DNA from: Octopus sinensis
Lineage: Eukaryota
Assembly: GCF_006345805.1 (NCBI RefSeq)
Contig: NC_043009.1
Location: 14,942,001 to 15,006,000, forward strand
Length of the DNA stretch: 64,000 nt
Reading direction: 5' to 3'
Under the pieces are notes generated by a model, which searched no databases, was not told where the DNA came from, and worked only from the letters and a program-made list of their open reading frames with translations. The position numbers and the translations under genes were made by a program. Of this stretch, positions 13,964 through 25,260 are shown piece by piece (positions within the stretch are counted from its first letter, which is position 1; the number at the start of each line of letters is the position of its first letter).

Positions 13964-15030
13964 CAACATGGAAATATAAAAAAAAAATGTCTGGTTTCTA
14001 TTTTATTATATAAGTCACTCTCCCCTGTCTTCTATTTTTCCATGCTATAGCATCATTTGTCTGTCTTAGATTAAATTTCCCTCTCCGTAAGTGATACATA
14101 TCATCCATATAGTTATTTGTATGATATATATCAGCTTGTATAGTTCTATCAATTTGTCTTTATGTTAGAATTTTAAGCAGAACTAACAATCTGATTCGGT
14201 CCCTCATTAATCATTTGTTTTTCAAATATATTTTTGCAGACCAACTGTGTGCGTTATGGAAGAGATAAAGAAAACAAATGAAATTTCTCATTATGTTGTT
14301 TAGTAGATACGTGGTTTATCTTTTAACAACATGCGATATATCTTACAACTTCAGTCACATGATAGAAGTGTTTTATGTCAAAATATCCTTGTCCAAACAT
14401 TAAACCGCTCATATCTTTGATGCTTGTGTGAATATATCTATGAGCAGATGTTACAGGTAAGCTTATAAAAAGAAAATTTTCACTTCATCTAAAAGAAGTG
14501 CATCACATGAAAGAGGTGTTGGTATATAGTATATAGAAACTAAGACATTCTTAACATCATATTAAAGTTATAAGGCGGTGAGCTCGCAAATCCTTAGCAT
14601 GGTGAACAAAATACTCAGTCCTAAGATATATTTGAAATCTGGCGTATTGGCACATTGAGTGTCCTCTGCCAATCGAGCACTGCTCTCGGTAGATAATCAA
14701 GTATGACACATTCGGGATATCCATTCGGTATCAGTCTGTTGAAAACATCTGAGCAGGTTTGTGAGGTTTTTGCGCCTCACTTCTTCTACCAGTTAGCTCC
14801 ATGCAATCGAAGCATGTATCCAAGTGGGCGTTTCAGTCGATTAATGGCACTAAAGGTCGAGAAGTTCCAAGAAACATTTTAATTTTATACACCCCTCGGC
14901 TGAGGTAAGTGGAGATGAGAATAAGTTCATCACTCGATAAAGTGATACTCCAGTGCTTTTTGGCTTCATTATCAGAAGTGAACCCTACTTTGACTGTTCT
15001 ATATTTTCCACTTGGTTGTATAAATTTTGC

Positions 15031-15640
15031 TCAAAGAAATTTGTCCCAGTCATTATCTTCTCTGCTGGTGTGCTGCTTATTCAATTTTTCACTTGCTCTG
15101 GCTGTTTTCTGTAGAACTGTGCGGAAATTCGTTTCTCGCTGAACAGATAAAGGAACATTATGTGACACATTTGACTCACATTTCTTCAACATGTATTTTA
15201 AACTTTTCAATTCATTTTCCTTTTTTAAAATTTCTTCATTTATTTGCTGCGTTGCATCGGCAAAACCATTAACAGCGGATTTGTATACTTCAATTTATTT
15301 GTTCTATTTTTCTTTCGTCAATGTTGGTGGTGGCAGATTTGCTATTGCCACGGAGGGTTGTGATGGAGAAGAAAGTGTAATCACTGGTTGTTGATTTTTG
15401 TTGTCATTGCTTTATTTTGATATTGCTGAGTTTAGAGTGCTAGAATGTCCATAGACGGAAAGTCACTTTCATACATTTTCTGTGCTATGTTGTCGTCACT
15501 GTTGTTATTGCTGCCGTCACCGGCATTTACAATTTGGCTCTACTGTGCTGCTGGCAACTGGCTCTTCTTTACGGTGGACGAAAAACCCTTGTCCGCCACC
15601 TTTCATTTGGAAGGAAGTTTGTGGGGTATCTTTACTAAGC
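15031..15640 (-). pseudogene. Decayed coding sequence of unknown identity (Ser/Pro/Asn-rich region followed by coiled-coil-like C-terminus)
   Basis: 87-codon stop-free frame 15294->15034 (IEVYKSAVNGFADATQQINEEILKKENELKSLKYMLKKCE...REDNDWDKFL*). Protein-like upstream stretches are broken by isolated TGA/TAG/TAA codons and short frameshifts. Confidence 0.4.
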
Positions 15641-15707
15641 AAACAGAAGTTTAAACCCTAACTGCTGCGGATGGGGAGAAAATAATCAGCTCTTTAAAGC
15701 ACTGGTT

Positions 15708-15739
<32 letters not shown>

Positions 15740-15970
15740 ATATTATATATATATATATATATATAATATATATATATATGAAAGAAAAAGGTGTTCAGTA
15801 TGCTTGATGATTGTAAAAATATATATATATTTACATATCGCATATCATTTCTTTATATTAGCGCTTTCAACTACTGTAGTTTCATCAGAAATGTCAGTTT
15901 GTACAGTTTTGCCTGTATTTATATTGTTGGTAAATGAAATGGCGAGAGAGAGTGTACGTGTGTGTGTGTC

Positions 15971-16002
<32 letters not shown>

Positions 16003-16299
16003 TGTAATTGGGAATAGAGGAAAGGAGAAGGTGAAAGAGAGAGAATATTATCTCTCTTTCACCATCTCCATCCCTCCTTCTCCCTATCATGCCCTCTCTC
16101 TCTATCTTTTACGCTCTCCCTCCCTCTATTTCCCGTTATACACACACACATACACACACTCTCTCTCTCTCTCCCTACTTCATTTACCAATAAAATAAAT
16201 ACAGGCAAAACTCTACAAGCTGACATGTATTAAATCTATACGTAAGCCCCAATACTTCTAACACACACACATATATATATACGTTTGGAAGGATGGCTT

Positions 16300-16430
16300 C
16301 CCTTTGCAAATACTGATAGGGCACAGAAAGTGTGTCAATAGCCAACTGGAGAAGATGTCCTCCTGGGGCTACAAGCTACAGTAGCATCCACCCTTAGTAG
16401 TTATCCACATTTAAGTGGCAAATATACTTC
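16300..16430 (+). mobile_element. Fragment of the same Penelope-type LTR as the 18834-19484 arms (no ribozyme retained)
   Basis: gggcacagaaagtgtgtcaatagccaactgga...cctggggctac...cagtagcat aligns by eye with 19368-19440. Confidence 0.6.
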
Positions 16431-16479
16431 ACATTGTCGTACAGCTACAGTTTATACCTCGTTCAGAGATTTATTATTG

Positions 16480-16520
<41 letters not shown>

Positions 16521-16639
16521 TATAAGATAACAAATGCACAATATATAACTTTGTTTAACAATATCAATAACTGTCAATTAACAGGAGTGATGTGTAACAC
16601 GTGTCGATAGACTACCGACAACAAGAAAGGTGTCAACAT

Positions 16640-16806
16640 TTGGCACAAACCAAGCAAATTCGCGGGTGGAGTAAGACGATTTCATCGACCACAGTGCGCA
16701 ACTGGTAATCATTTTATCTATCCCGAAAAGATGAAAGGTAAAGATGATCTTGGTTAACTCATATTTTGCCCAGCGTGCTAAGGTTTCCGCCTGTTAACCG
16801 CCTTAA
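16640..16806 (-). mobile_element. Decayed tRNA-derived SINE with internal deletion
   Basis: catcgaccacagtgcgcaactggta...gatgaaaggtaaag...ccgcctta matches the family. Confidence 0.6.
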
Positions 16807-16829
16807 AAAATAACAAATATAATAATAAT

Positions 16830-17031
16830 ACTATGTAATCTCAAGTTTTAAAAGAAACATAATTTTCGTATGGTTTTTTTAGACATTCACTAGTACAACA
16901 CTAAGTACAAAACCAAATATATGGCACCCTAGGCATAACACCAATACAAACTTCCAACTTGTTGTCTCTTTGGGTCTGTGGGTGAGACTTGGAGCCAGCT
17001 TGTGCAAATGTAAACAAAAGTCAAACATAGA

Positions 17032-17032
<1 letters not shown>
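16830..17032 (+). mobile_element. R4/Dong 3' UTR-only insertion between (TAA)n tracts
   Basis: Begins ctatgtaa (last codons SM*), contains ggcaccctaggcataacacc...gggtgagacttggagcc, ends aaagtcaaacatag-(TAA)n. Homologous to 18272-18466 and 33433-33553. Confidence 0.7.
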
Positions 17033-17100
<68 letters not shown>

Positions 17101-17211
17101 GCCCTGATGCAGTACCAGGCAGTGGCTCTCATGGCCCCAGTGTCACTTTGATATCATGCACTGCTCTCTCACTCAATAATAACAATAATAATAATAATAA
17201 TAATAATAATA

Positions 17212-17360
17212 ATCCTTTCTACAAAAGGCACAAAGCCTGCAATTTGTTTGAAGGAAATTAGTCGATTACATCGACTACAGTATTTCACTGGTACCCAATC
17301 GACCCTGAAAGAAAGACAAACTCGACCTCGACGGAATTTTAAATGAGAACGTAGCGACGA
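17212..17360 (-). mobile_element. Decayed SINE fragment
   Basis: agtcgattacatcgac...actggtac...gacctcgacggaattt matches the family. Confidence 0.6.
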
Positions 17361-18156
17361 TCAAATCTTATTATCTACAACTGTCTATGAAAATTTTACT
17401 CTCTTTTTCTGTTCTTTCTTTTCTCCCTGAGTATTTGAAAATGTAAACATCCTTTTCATTGCAAAAACACTACTGTCTTCTCTAATTTGACATATAAACG
17501 AATATTTGTAGGAAACCTAAAAACTTTAACATCTACATTTTTGTGTAAACATTTTATCTTTCTTTTCTCCCTGACTACGCGAACAGGTAAACATAACTTT
17601 TATTGCAACTACACAATTCAATGCACGATAAAAAAAATGTTAAGGAGGTAAGCACCTGCCAATATAGACAAACTGCACAATTACAAAAGCTATAAACCAC
17701 AGCAAAACTTATAAAAAGGAAAGTAAGGAAAAAAACATAAAATTCAGAAATTCAAAAATTCAACGATGTGAACATCAGAATATATACTATTTTTTTCTAT
17801 CAGTAATTAAAAATAGAACAAGGTGAATTGCGTTTTTTCAAGGCCAAGGTCAGTGTTGTCATTGATCGCTGGTAGTAGTAAACGCAGTTGACCTCTGCTG
17901 ACTTAAAGGGTGTGAGGCCTCTTTTGTCTTCTTATCGCACAGGAATGTCCATTGCTGACCTCACCATTTCGCAAATCTTTTCACAGACCTGTAGAATTTT
18001 GGTCTATTCATCAAACTGCTACTCTTCCTCCTCCTATTCCCTTCAACATTCACGTATTTATTAATATCTCAAGTACAATACAAAAGTTGAAGCTAAACAA
18101 CATTTAATATATTTTAATAATAAATGGAAATAGTGATAACGGTAATAATAGTGGTG

Positions 18157-18466
<310 letters not shown>

Positions 18467-18478
18467 ATAATAATGATG

Positions 18479-18522
<44 letters not shown>

Positions 18523-18530
18523 TAATAATA

Positions 18531-18607
<77 letters not shown>
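18467..18607. repeat. (AAT)n immediately followed by (ATT)n, forming a palindromic microsatellite
   Basis: Strand flip visible at ~18530. Confidence 0.9.
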
Positions 18608-18609
<2 letters not shown>

Positions 18610-18616
18610 GTGTTAA

Positions 18617-18755
18617 CTGCAAGCGTAAACAGATTGTTTATAAATAGAAAGAATGGTGGCAGAGAACTAATTAGTATAGACCATTGTATAAGGAGTGAAA
18701 GGAGAATGCTTGCCGAGTATTTGATAAATAGCAACGAAGATCTGCTGCAATATAC
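18617..18755 (+). mobile_element. Short R4/Dong post-RT fragment
   Basis: SVNRLFINRKNGGRELISIDHCIRSERRMLAEYLINSNEDLL; close nucleotide match to 21895-22025. Confidence 0.85.
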
Positions 18756-18999
18756 CGGGAACCATATTATTATTAGAAATATTGCATTTCTAAATTTCTC
18801 AGAGAGACTTATACAGGAGCAGCACGATAAAGTGATGGTGTGTTGCCAACTTAATGTGACAGTCCCAGGAAAGGGAAGAATGCAATTGCTATTACGCCCC
18901 AGGAAACACCATTTCCAGTTGATTGTGTGACACAAGCGTTCCCTGTCCTTCAGTTTTCAAACAGGGGAGATAAACACCACCACCCAGCAAAGTCAGCAA

Positions 19000-19040
19000 C
19001 CAGAGACTAGTTTCAGAATCATTATTCTTCCTCAGCCTGG
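19000..19040 (-). ncRNA. Minimal type I hammerhead ribozyme, intact core, GUC site
   Basis: CCAGG-CTGAGGA-AGAAT(aatg)ATTCT-GAAA-CTAG-TC-TCTGG. Stem I 5 bp with one G-U, stem II perfect 5 bp, palindromic stem III ACTAGT. Confidence 0.8.
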
Positions 19041-19277
19041 ATTACTTTGGGATGATAGCTGTCGATGCTTCTTCGCTTTTGAAAACTTATAGAATTTCAG
19101 GTGAAATAAATTCATTTCGACAGTATGTTGGCAACAAACCATCACTTTATCGTGCTGCTACTGTATAAGTCTCTGTGAGAGATTTAGAAATTTTGTAGAT
19201 CAGTTAATTTATTTCATTCGAATTTCTATAAGTTTTCAAAGGAGAATAGGCATCGACAGCTAGCAAGCCATTCTACT

Positions 19278-19318
19278 CCAGACTGATGATGAGCAATGAC
19301 TCTGAAACTAGTCTCCAG
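19278..19318 (+). ncRNA. Type I hammerhead motif, core intact, stems I and II partly decayed
   Basis: ccaga-CTGATGA-tGAGc(aatg)aCTCt-GAAA-CTAG-TC-tccag. Confidence 0.6.
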
Positions 19319-19499
19319 TTGCTGGCTTTGCTGGCTGGAGATGTTTGTCTCTCCTGTTTGAAAACTTAAGGACACAGAACGTTTGTGTCACATAGCCAAC
19401 TGAAAACGGTGTTTCCTGGGGCTAAATAGCAGTAGCATTCTTACCTTTATTGGGACTTCCACATTCAGCTGGCAGCAAGCCATCATCAATATCTATAAT

Positions 19500-22400
19500 A
19501 TTATTATAATTTTAAATGCTATTGGTAGAAAGTTTGTGGTAATGATAATCACTGTGGTTATAGAATCGAGAATGGTTATAGAATCGAGAATGAAGCTATA
19601 GCCGATCGTTGCGAAGGTTTCCCTCCCGGCAGGTCCAAAACAGCCAGCATCAGGGGCAGTGATCAGGCGTCGGACGGTCGTTAAGTCGCAAAAGATCATA
19701 TACACTGTTAGCGTAAACACAGACGTAAGTGCACGATGGAAGTGTATGATACATCTATTGAATGGCATGAAAGAGCAAAGCTGAAAATAAGTCGTGGAGT
19801 TGGACGACGAATCTTGAAACTTGGGATGGAAAAGGACACGTACCCAATGTTAGAAAATAAACTATTGAACCTAAGAGGGAGGATTACTTACTTGGAGTAG
19901 AAATATGTCGTATTAATGAGAGTCTGAGATATCCTGCCGGTTGGTCGGGGTTGAAAACAGAGAGGTAGGAATTAAACGCAGGGAGAAAAGTAGACAGGAG
20001 GAACAAGGGAATGGTGATGGAGCTGTTAAGAATGAGGAAAAGGAACGATATATACAATGAACCCTGATAATGTGGTGGGTGGACATGCTGGTTAAAATGA
20101 ACCAACTAGACTTGATGAATGCTCTAGAAGCAAATATCACCATGAATAAGAGAAGAGTAGATAGGAGAATGAAAAATAAAGTTACACAAATGGTAAATAC
20201 TCTCATGCTGTACATCCAGACGGAGAACATAAAGCAAACAAGGAATCTTCTCCGAGCTATTGAGCTACTTGTTGAGGAGAAATTACAACTTGAAAGTGGA
20301 AGCCACGCATTGAAAAGGACATAATGCAGGCAAGGCAAGATCTATGAAAAACTGAACAATAGTTAAGAGGAAACTGGAAAAATGGGAAAATTTTTGACTG
20401 AGAAAAATAAGACAAGAAATTCAAAATACGAAAGGGCGGGTTTGATGCAGTAATAGAGCAGTTAAAACAGAGGATCGTGGTAAAAAGCCAGGGGATCAAA
20501 AGATTTGTGAACAGAAAGAAGCAGTTCATGTAGAACATATTGTTCGAAAATAAGTCGAAGCAATTCTTCCGAACGTTAGAAGAAGACAATTGGGACAATG
20601 TTGCTCCTGATGCAAATCAAGCCAAGGAGTTCTGGAACGAAATATGGGGAAACAATGTGGTGCATAAAAGGGATGCAATATGGATAGGAATTATCAGGAC
20701 AGAATTATAAGGAGGAAAGAAACAAAGGAATGTTGTCATAAGCACTGGTAATGTAAAAGGACAAGTGGGTAAAGTGCCTAACTGGAAAGCCCCCGCACCA
20801 GATGGGATTCATGGCTTCTGGCTGAAGAGATGCCATGCAGTGCATGAAAGAATAGAAGGCTAATTAAATGAGTGTGTCCAGAAAGGTACACACCTCGCGT
20901 GGATGGTGACTGGGAGGACAACACTTCTAATGAAAGATAGAAGAAAGGGGAATATTGTGGGAAAGTACTGACTAAACTTAATCTGGAACATACTCACTGG
21001 AACAGGAAGAAATACTACGAAGGGAACAAAAAGGATGTAGGAAGATTACACAGGGTACTAAGGGTCACCTGGAAATCGATAAAATAGTTCTGACGCATTG
21101 TAAAAAAACATCATACAAACATGTTTATGAATTGTATTAACTTTAAGAAGACATATGATATGCCTCATTCTTGGATCGTTGACTGCCTGCAGATATTTAG
21201 TGTTGCTGACAACATCACAAATTTTCTGATGCATAGCATGGAAAAATGCAAAGCCAAATAGTACTCAAGTAACGTATTCCTTGGAGAAGTTAATATTAAA
21301 AGGGGTATCTTCTAAGGCGACATTTTTCTCCGTTACTTTTTGTAATTGCACTTAAACCCATAACAATGGCACTTACACTTAGGACGGTTAAGATGGGTTA
21401 CCGATGAGGGAATAAAGGCTCATCATTGAAACATCTGTTTATGGATGACCTGAAAATGTTTGGTAAATCTGAAAACCAGATAGTCTCCTTAACCAAAACA
21501 ATCCGGAAGTGTGGTAGGGAGATCGGTATGGAATTTGGGATTACCGAATGCTCAGTACTTAATATGAAAAAGGAAGAAAGCATCCTGCAGATGATTACGG
21601 TTAACATCAGGAGAGACAATGGGTGAAACCGACGTTAGTGGGGAGATATATTTAGGTATTTTGGAGCTGGATAACATTCTACACAGAGAAATGAAAGTCA
21701 AGGTCAGCGAGGCGCATCAAAAAGTGTGAAGATGGTGTTGAATACCTAAAATTTGTTTACCGCAAGGAATATCTGGGCAGTTGCAGGGGCCAGATATAGT
21801 GCGTCCATCCTCAAATAGACTAAGGAGGAAATATCAACACTGGGTAGCAGGACGAGAAATTGATGACGCTGCAAGGGGCGCTACACCCTAAAGCAAACGT
21901 AAACAGATTGTATATGAGAAGAAAGAAAGGTGGCAGGTGACTAATTAGTATAGACCATTGTATAAGGAGTGAAAGGAGACGCTTGCTGAGTATTTGGTAA
22001 ATAGTGATGAAGACCTGCTGTATTATGCTGTGAAAGATATGGGTGTAAATGTAGATGAAATGATGGGCAATGAGGAGTTTAACCAAAGTGTTGAGAAGAG
22101 AAAAGAAGACCTTCTTGAAATGAGAATGCATTTGAAAGGAATACACAAAACCTTAAGGATAATAGAGCATCGTGGGCATGGTGAGATTGAGGTGATTTCA
22201 AGCGCATCACTGAAAGCCTGACCATAGCTGCACAAGACCAGGCTCTTGCTACCAATTCAGTGAAGTATAACATCTATAAAACTTCTGACATCCAGAAATG
22301 CAGACTCTTTGGAAATTGTGTAGAAAATGTGACTCACTTAATAAGTGCATGTGAGAGCCTTGCACAAAAAGAATACTAGGGTCGCCACGATTAATTCTAT

Positions 22401-22900
22401 GTGTTTTCATTGGCTCTTATGCTGTAAATACAAATATGAATTAACAGAAAACTGGTATGAGCATGTACCAAGTAAAGTTATGCAGGAGGATGGAAAAGTA
22501 ATGATACTCTGGGACTATGATTTACAGACGGATCGTGTGATCTAACATAGTCGGCCGGATATTGTGATATTGAATAAGAGAGGCAAATGCTGTCAGATTA
22601 TTGATGTAGCCATACCAAATGACATGAATGTCTGAGTAAAGCGATTGAAAAAAAATCACCAAGTACTCCGAATGAAAGTGGGAACGGCAGGACTCTATGG
22701 AATGCGAGAGTGTAATGTAAATGTGATACCAGTGGTGAACTGAGCGTTGGGCTCAATCCTACTGAAACTTCAAAACTTCTTAAGGCAACTGGAAACCCCA
22801 TGCCAGATTGTTGTCTTGCAAAAAACAGCCTTATTTGGCACAGCGTATATCTTAAGGAAAGTATTATCTGTCTTTGTTGTGACTTGACAGATGACTAAAC
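19500..22900 (+). mobile_element. Near full-length decayed R4/Dong-type non-LTR retrotransposon (RT plus RLE endonuclease)
   Basis: VPNWKAPAPDGIHGFWLKR, EQKGCRK, PHSWIVDCLQIF, IKRGIF*GD, LFMDDLKMF (~21435), HPKANVNRLYM, DQALATNSVK, ILWDYDLQTDRVI*HSRPDIVI, IIDVAIPND, LQKTALFGTAYILRKVL. Many stops and frameshifts. The 5' boundary is approximate. Confidence 0.92.
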
Positions 22901-22959
22901 ACTCCGGTGCATTTTTACCTACATTGTTACGAAAGAATAATAATAAAGAAAGTTCACAT

Positions 22960-23225
22960 AGCCAACCTAATTGAAATACTAGAGACTGATGTAAGAAGTG
23001 ATACCAGTTGTGATCGGAGCATTAGGGTCAATCCTACTGAAATTACAGTTCTTAAGAGGTTGGAAAACGTTAGGAAGATTTATGTCATACACATTGAACT
23101 TTGTTAAGTACTGCGCACTTTTAATGAAAAGTAGTCTGTCTGAGTTCCTTGTGATTTTACAGATGCGTAAATACTCCGCTCCATATTCCATCTTGACCCC
23201 ATGAGAAAGAAGTAATAATTATTAA
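22960..23225 (+). mobile_element. Second R4/Dong 3' end segment directly after the long copy
   Basis: IPVVIGALGSILLKLQ repeats the motif at ~22725-22780, followed by a 3' UTR-like stretch and a TAA-rich tail. Confidence 0.7.
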
Positions 23226-25046
23226 AACAATAATGATTATAAAATAACAGTGATGATGGAGCTGGTCTTAATACTGATATTGTTTTTATTCCATTAAGTC
23301 CTCTCCAATGAAGAGATATTTTTATTAACAACGTACATGTTTTAAAGAATGTCTAAAAAGCCGAACAAGGAGGAGGGAAACGAGATTAATATAACACATT
23401 GTATTCGAATCCAGAAATGACCTGATAAGGTGCAATTGAAAGGAGTATGGTAATGTTTGTTTGAACAATCTGCCGAACAGAAAATCTTATACACACATAC
23501 ATACATACGTGCATACATACATGGCGGCAGCTGCTCCCTCGTTATCGGGTATGGCCATTGCGCGAAGGTTAATTAATGTTGTTATCGTGCAATTCCTGTG
23601 CAAGAAGATTTTTTTTAAAGTGAGGAAAGGCTGTTCACTGAGTCAATCCCACTCACTAAGCAACAGCAGCCATAATCCGAAAAGAAGAACAAGTCAACAT
23701 CATCCGTAACCACTGAGCCGCAGGTTTTATGTTGGAGTTATCCCAGTTACCTGAGTTACCTTCTCCTAGAAGGATGCCCTAACAAAGGCTCGGAGTCCTT
23801 CACTCCCAATGGTTTAACCGCGCGATCGGGTATTCATATATACATACATACATACATACATAAAATTATCCTGGTACAGGGATAAGATGACTGCCACAGC
23901 ACAATTCTAGTATAATGCAAAAATGCTATTAACTATGCGATTATAACTCCGTGGGTGTAGGGACTTATTGTCCGAGGGAAAGGGAAGTTTTTCATGTATG
24001 CAGTAACATAACTTTTGTTCTACTTTCCTTAGAAATATATGTTGTATATATTTACCTATTCCCTTGTTATGCACGCTGTTTGTCTATGTATGTTCATATA
24101 TAATCAGTATGGTTGTCGTCATCGTTGACAGCATCGTTATAACGTCGTCATCAGCATCATCATCATTATAATTATCATCATCACCACCATCACCACCATC
24201 ATCATCTTCATCATCGTTCACGATATCTGTCCTCCTCTGTGCCTCCTTATCTCTCACTATGTTCGACTAGAAATAAGGGTTGAATCCAGAAATGTTAAAT
24301 GTATATTAAAAACTCTATACGAAAAACAAAGCCATGGTTATTACATTAATTTATAACTAAGATTAAATTAACACTGACTTTCGAGATAATCACCTGCAAA
24401 ATGTCATTAGTCTATCACTTGAAATTTTTCAATATATAGACATTAATTAAGATAAGGTATCTGAAAGTTCCGAATAACAATAAGTGATATAATTGAGCTA
24501 TTATCCAAAATGCGAAATGTAAATTTCTTAATTTGATGTCCCATTTACGAATTTTACGTTGCTATAATCTGATATTTGTTATATTGGTTTAAAGCCATCA
24601 ATTTAAGAAACACAAGGTCTTGGTCATAGCAATTGCCTAACATAACTGATACGTATATTGCCGATTCTAGGAACACGAATGCTAATTACAAAAGCAATGG
24701 GATTTGCCCTTCTACTTTACAGAAATGAGAATAAATAACGACAGTAATTTACGTTGTTTTATGAATTATCGCTCCCGACATCTTGTCACCCTAACGTGGT
24801 GGAATTATAATCAGGAGACATCATTAAGGAATGAAACATCTTAATTGCAAGTGAAATTAAGTAAAAAATAAAGTGGATTGTGAAAACTGTCGCATGTCTT
24901 TAGGGAACATTGAAGTTAACAACTGGCATCATTATATAAATGTTTATTTTAGAGTTTATAAGTATATGTCAATACGCTTCTATTCAACAACAGAAAAGGT
25001 GAATTATATCTGACTGTCAATCCATCTCACAATATTTCTCTCTTTG

Positions 25047-25260
25047 TAAGGCGGCGAGCGAGCAGAAACGTTAGCATTCCAGGCGAAATGCTTAGCGGTA
25101 TTTCGTCGGTCTTTATGTTCTGAGTTTAAATTCCGCCGTGGCCAACTTTGCCTTTCATCCCTTCGGGATCGATAAATTAAGTGCCAGTTGCGTACTGGGT
25201 TGATCTAATCAACTGGCCCCCTCCCTCAAAATTTCAGGCCTTGTGCCTAGAGTAGAAAAG
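25047..25260 (+). mobile_element. Full-length tRNA-derived SINE
   Basis: aaggcggcgagcgagcagaaacgttagc...ctgagtttaaattccgcc...gcctttcatcccttcgggatcgataaattaagtgccag...ggccttgtgcctagagtagaaaag. Confidence 0.85.

Larger units (their letters stand above)
18834..19484. mobile_element. Fold-back element: two ~280 bp inverted arms (18834-19112, 19206-19484), each with a hammerhead motif
   Basis: Arms align throughout, e.g. ccccaggaaacacc/ggtgtttcctgggg, gctgtcgatgc/gcatcgacagc, tttgaaaacttatagaa/ttctataagttttcaaa. Confidence 0.85.

Noticed and set aside
19500-19720. HDV-like ribozyme at the 5' end of the Dong element
   Set aside because: Known for some RLE elements, but I could not fold the nested double pseudoknot by eye.
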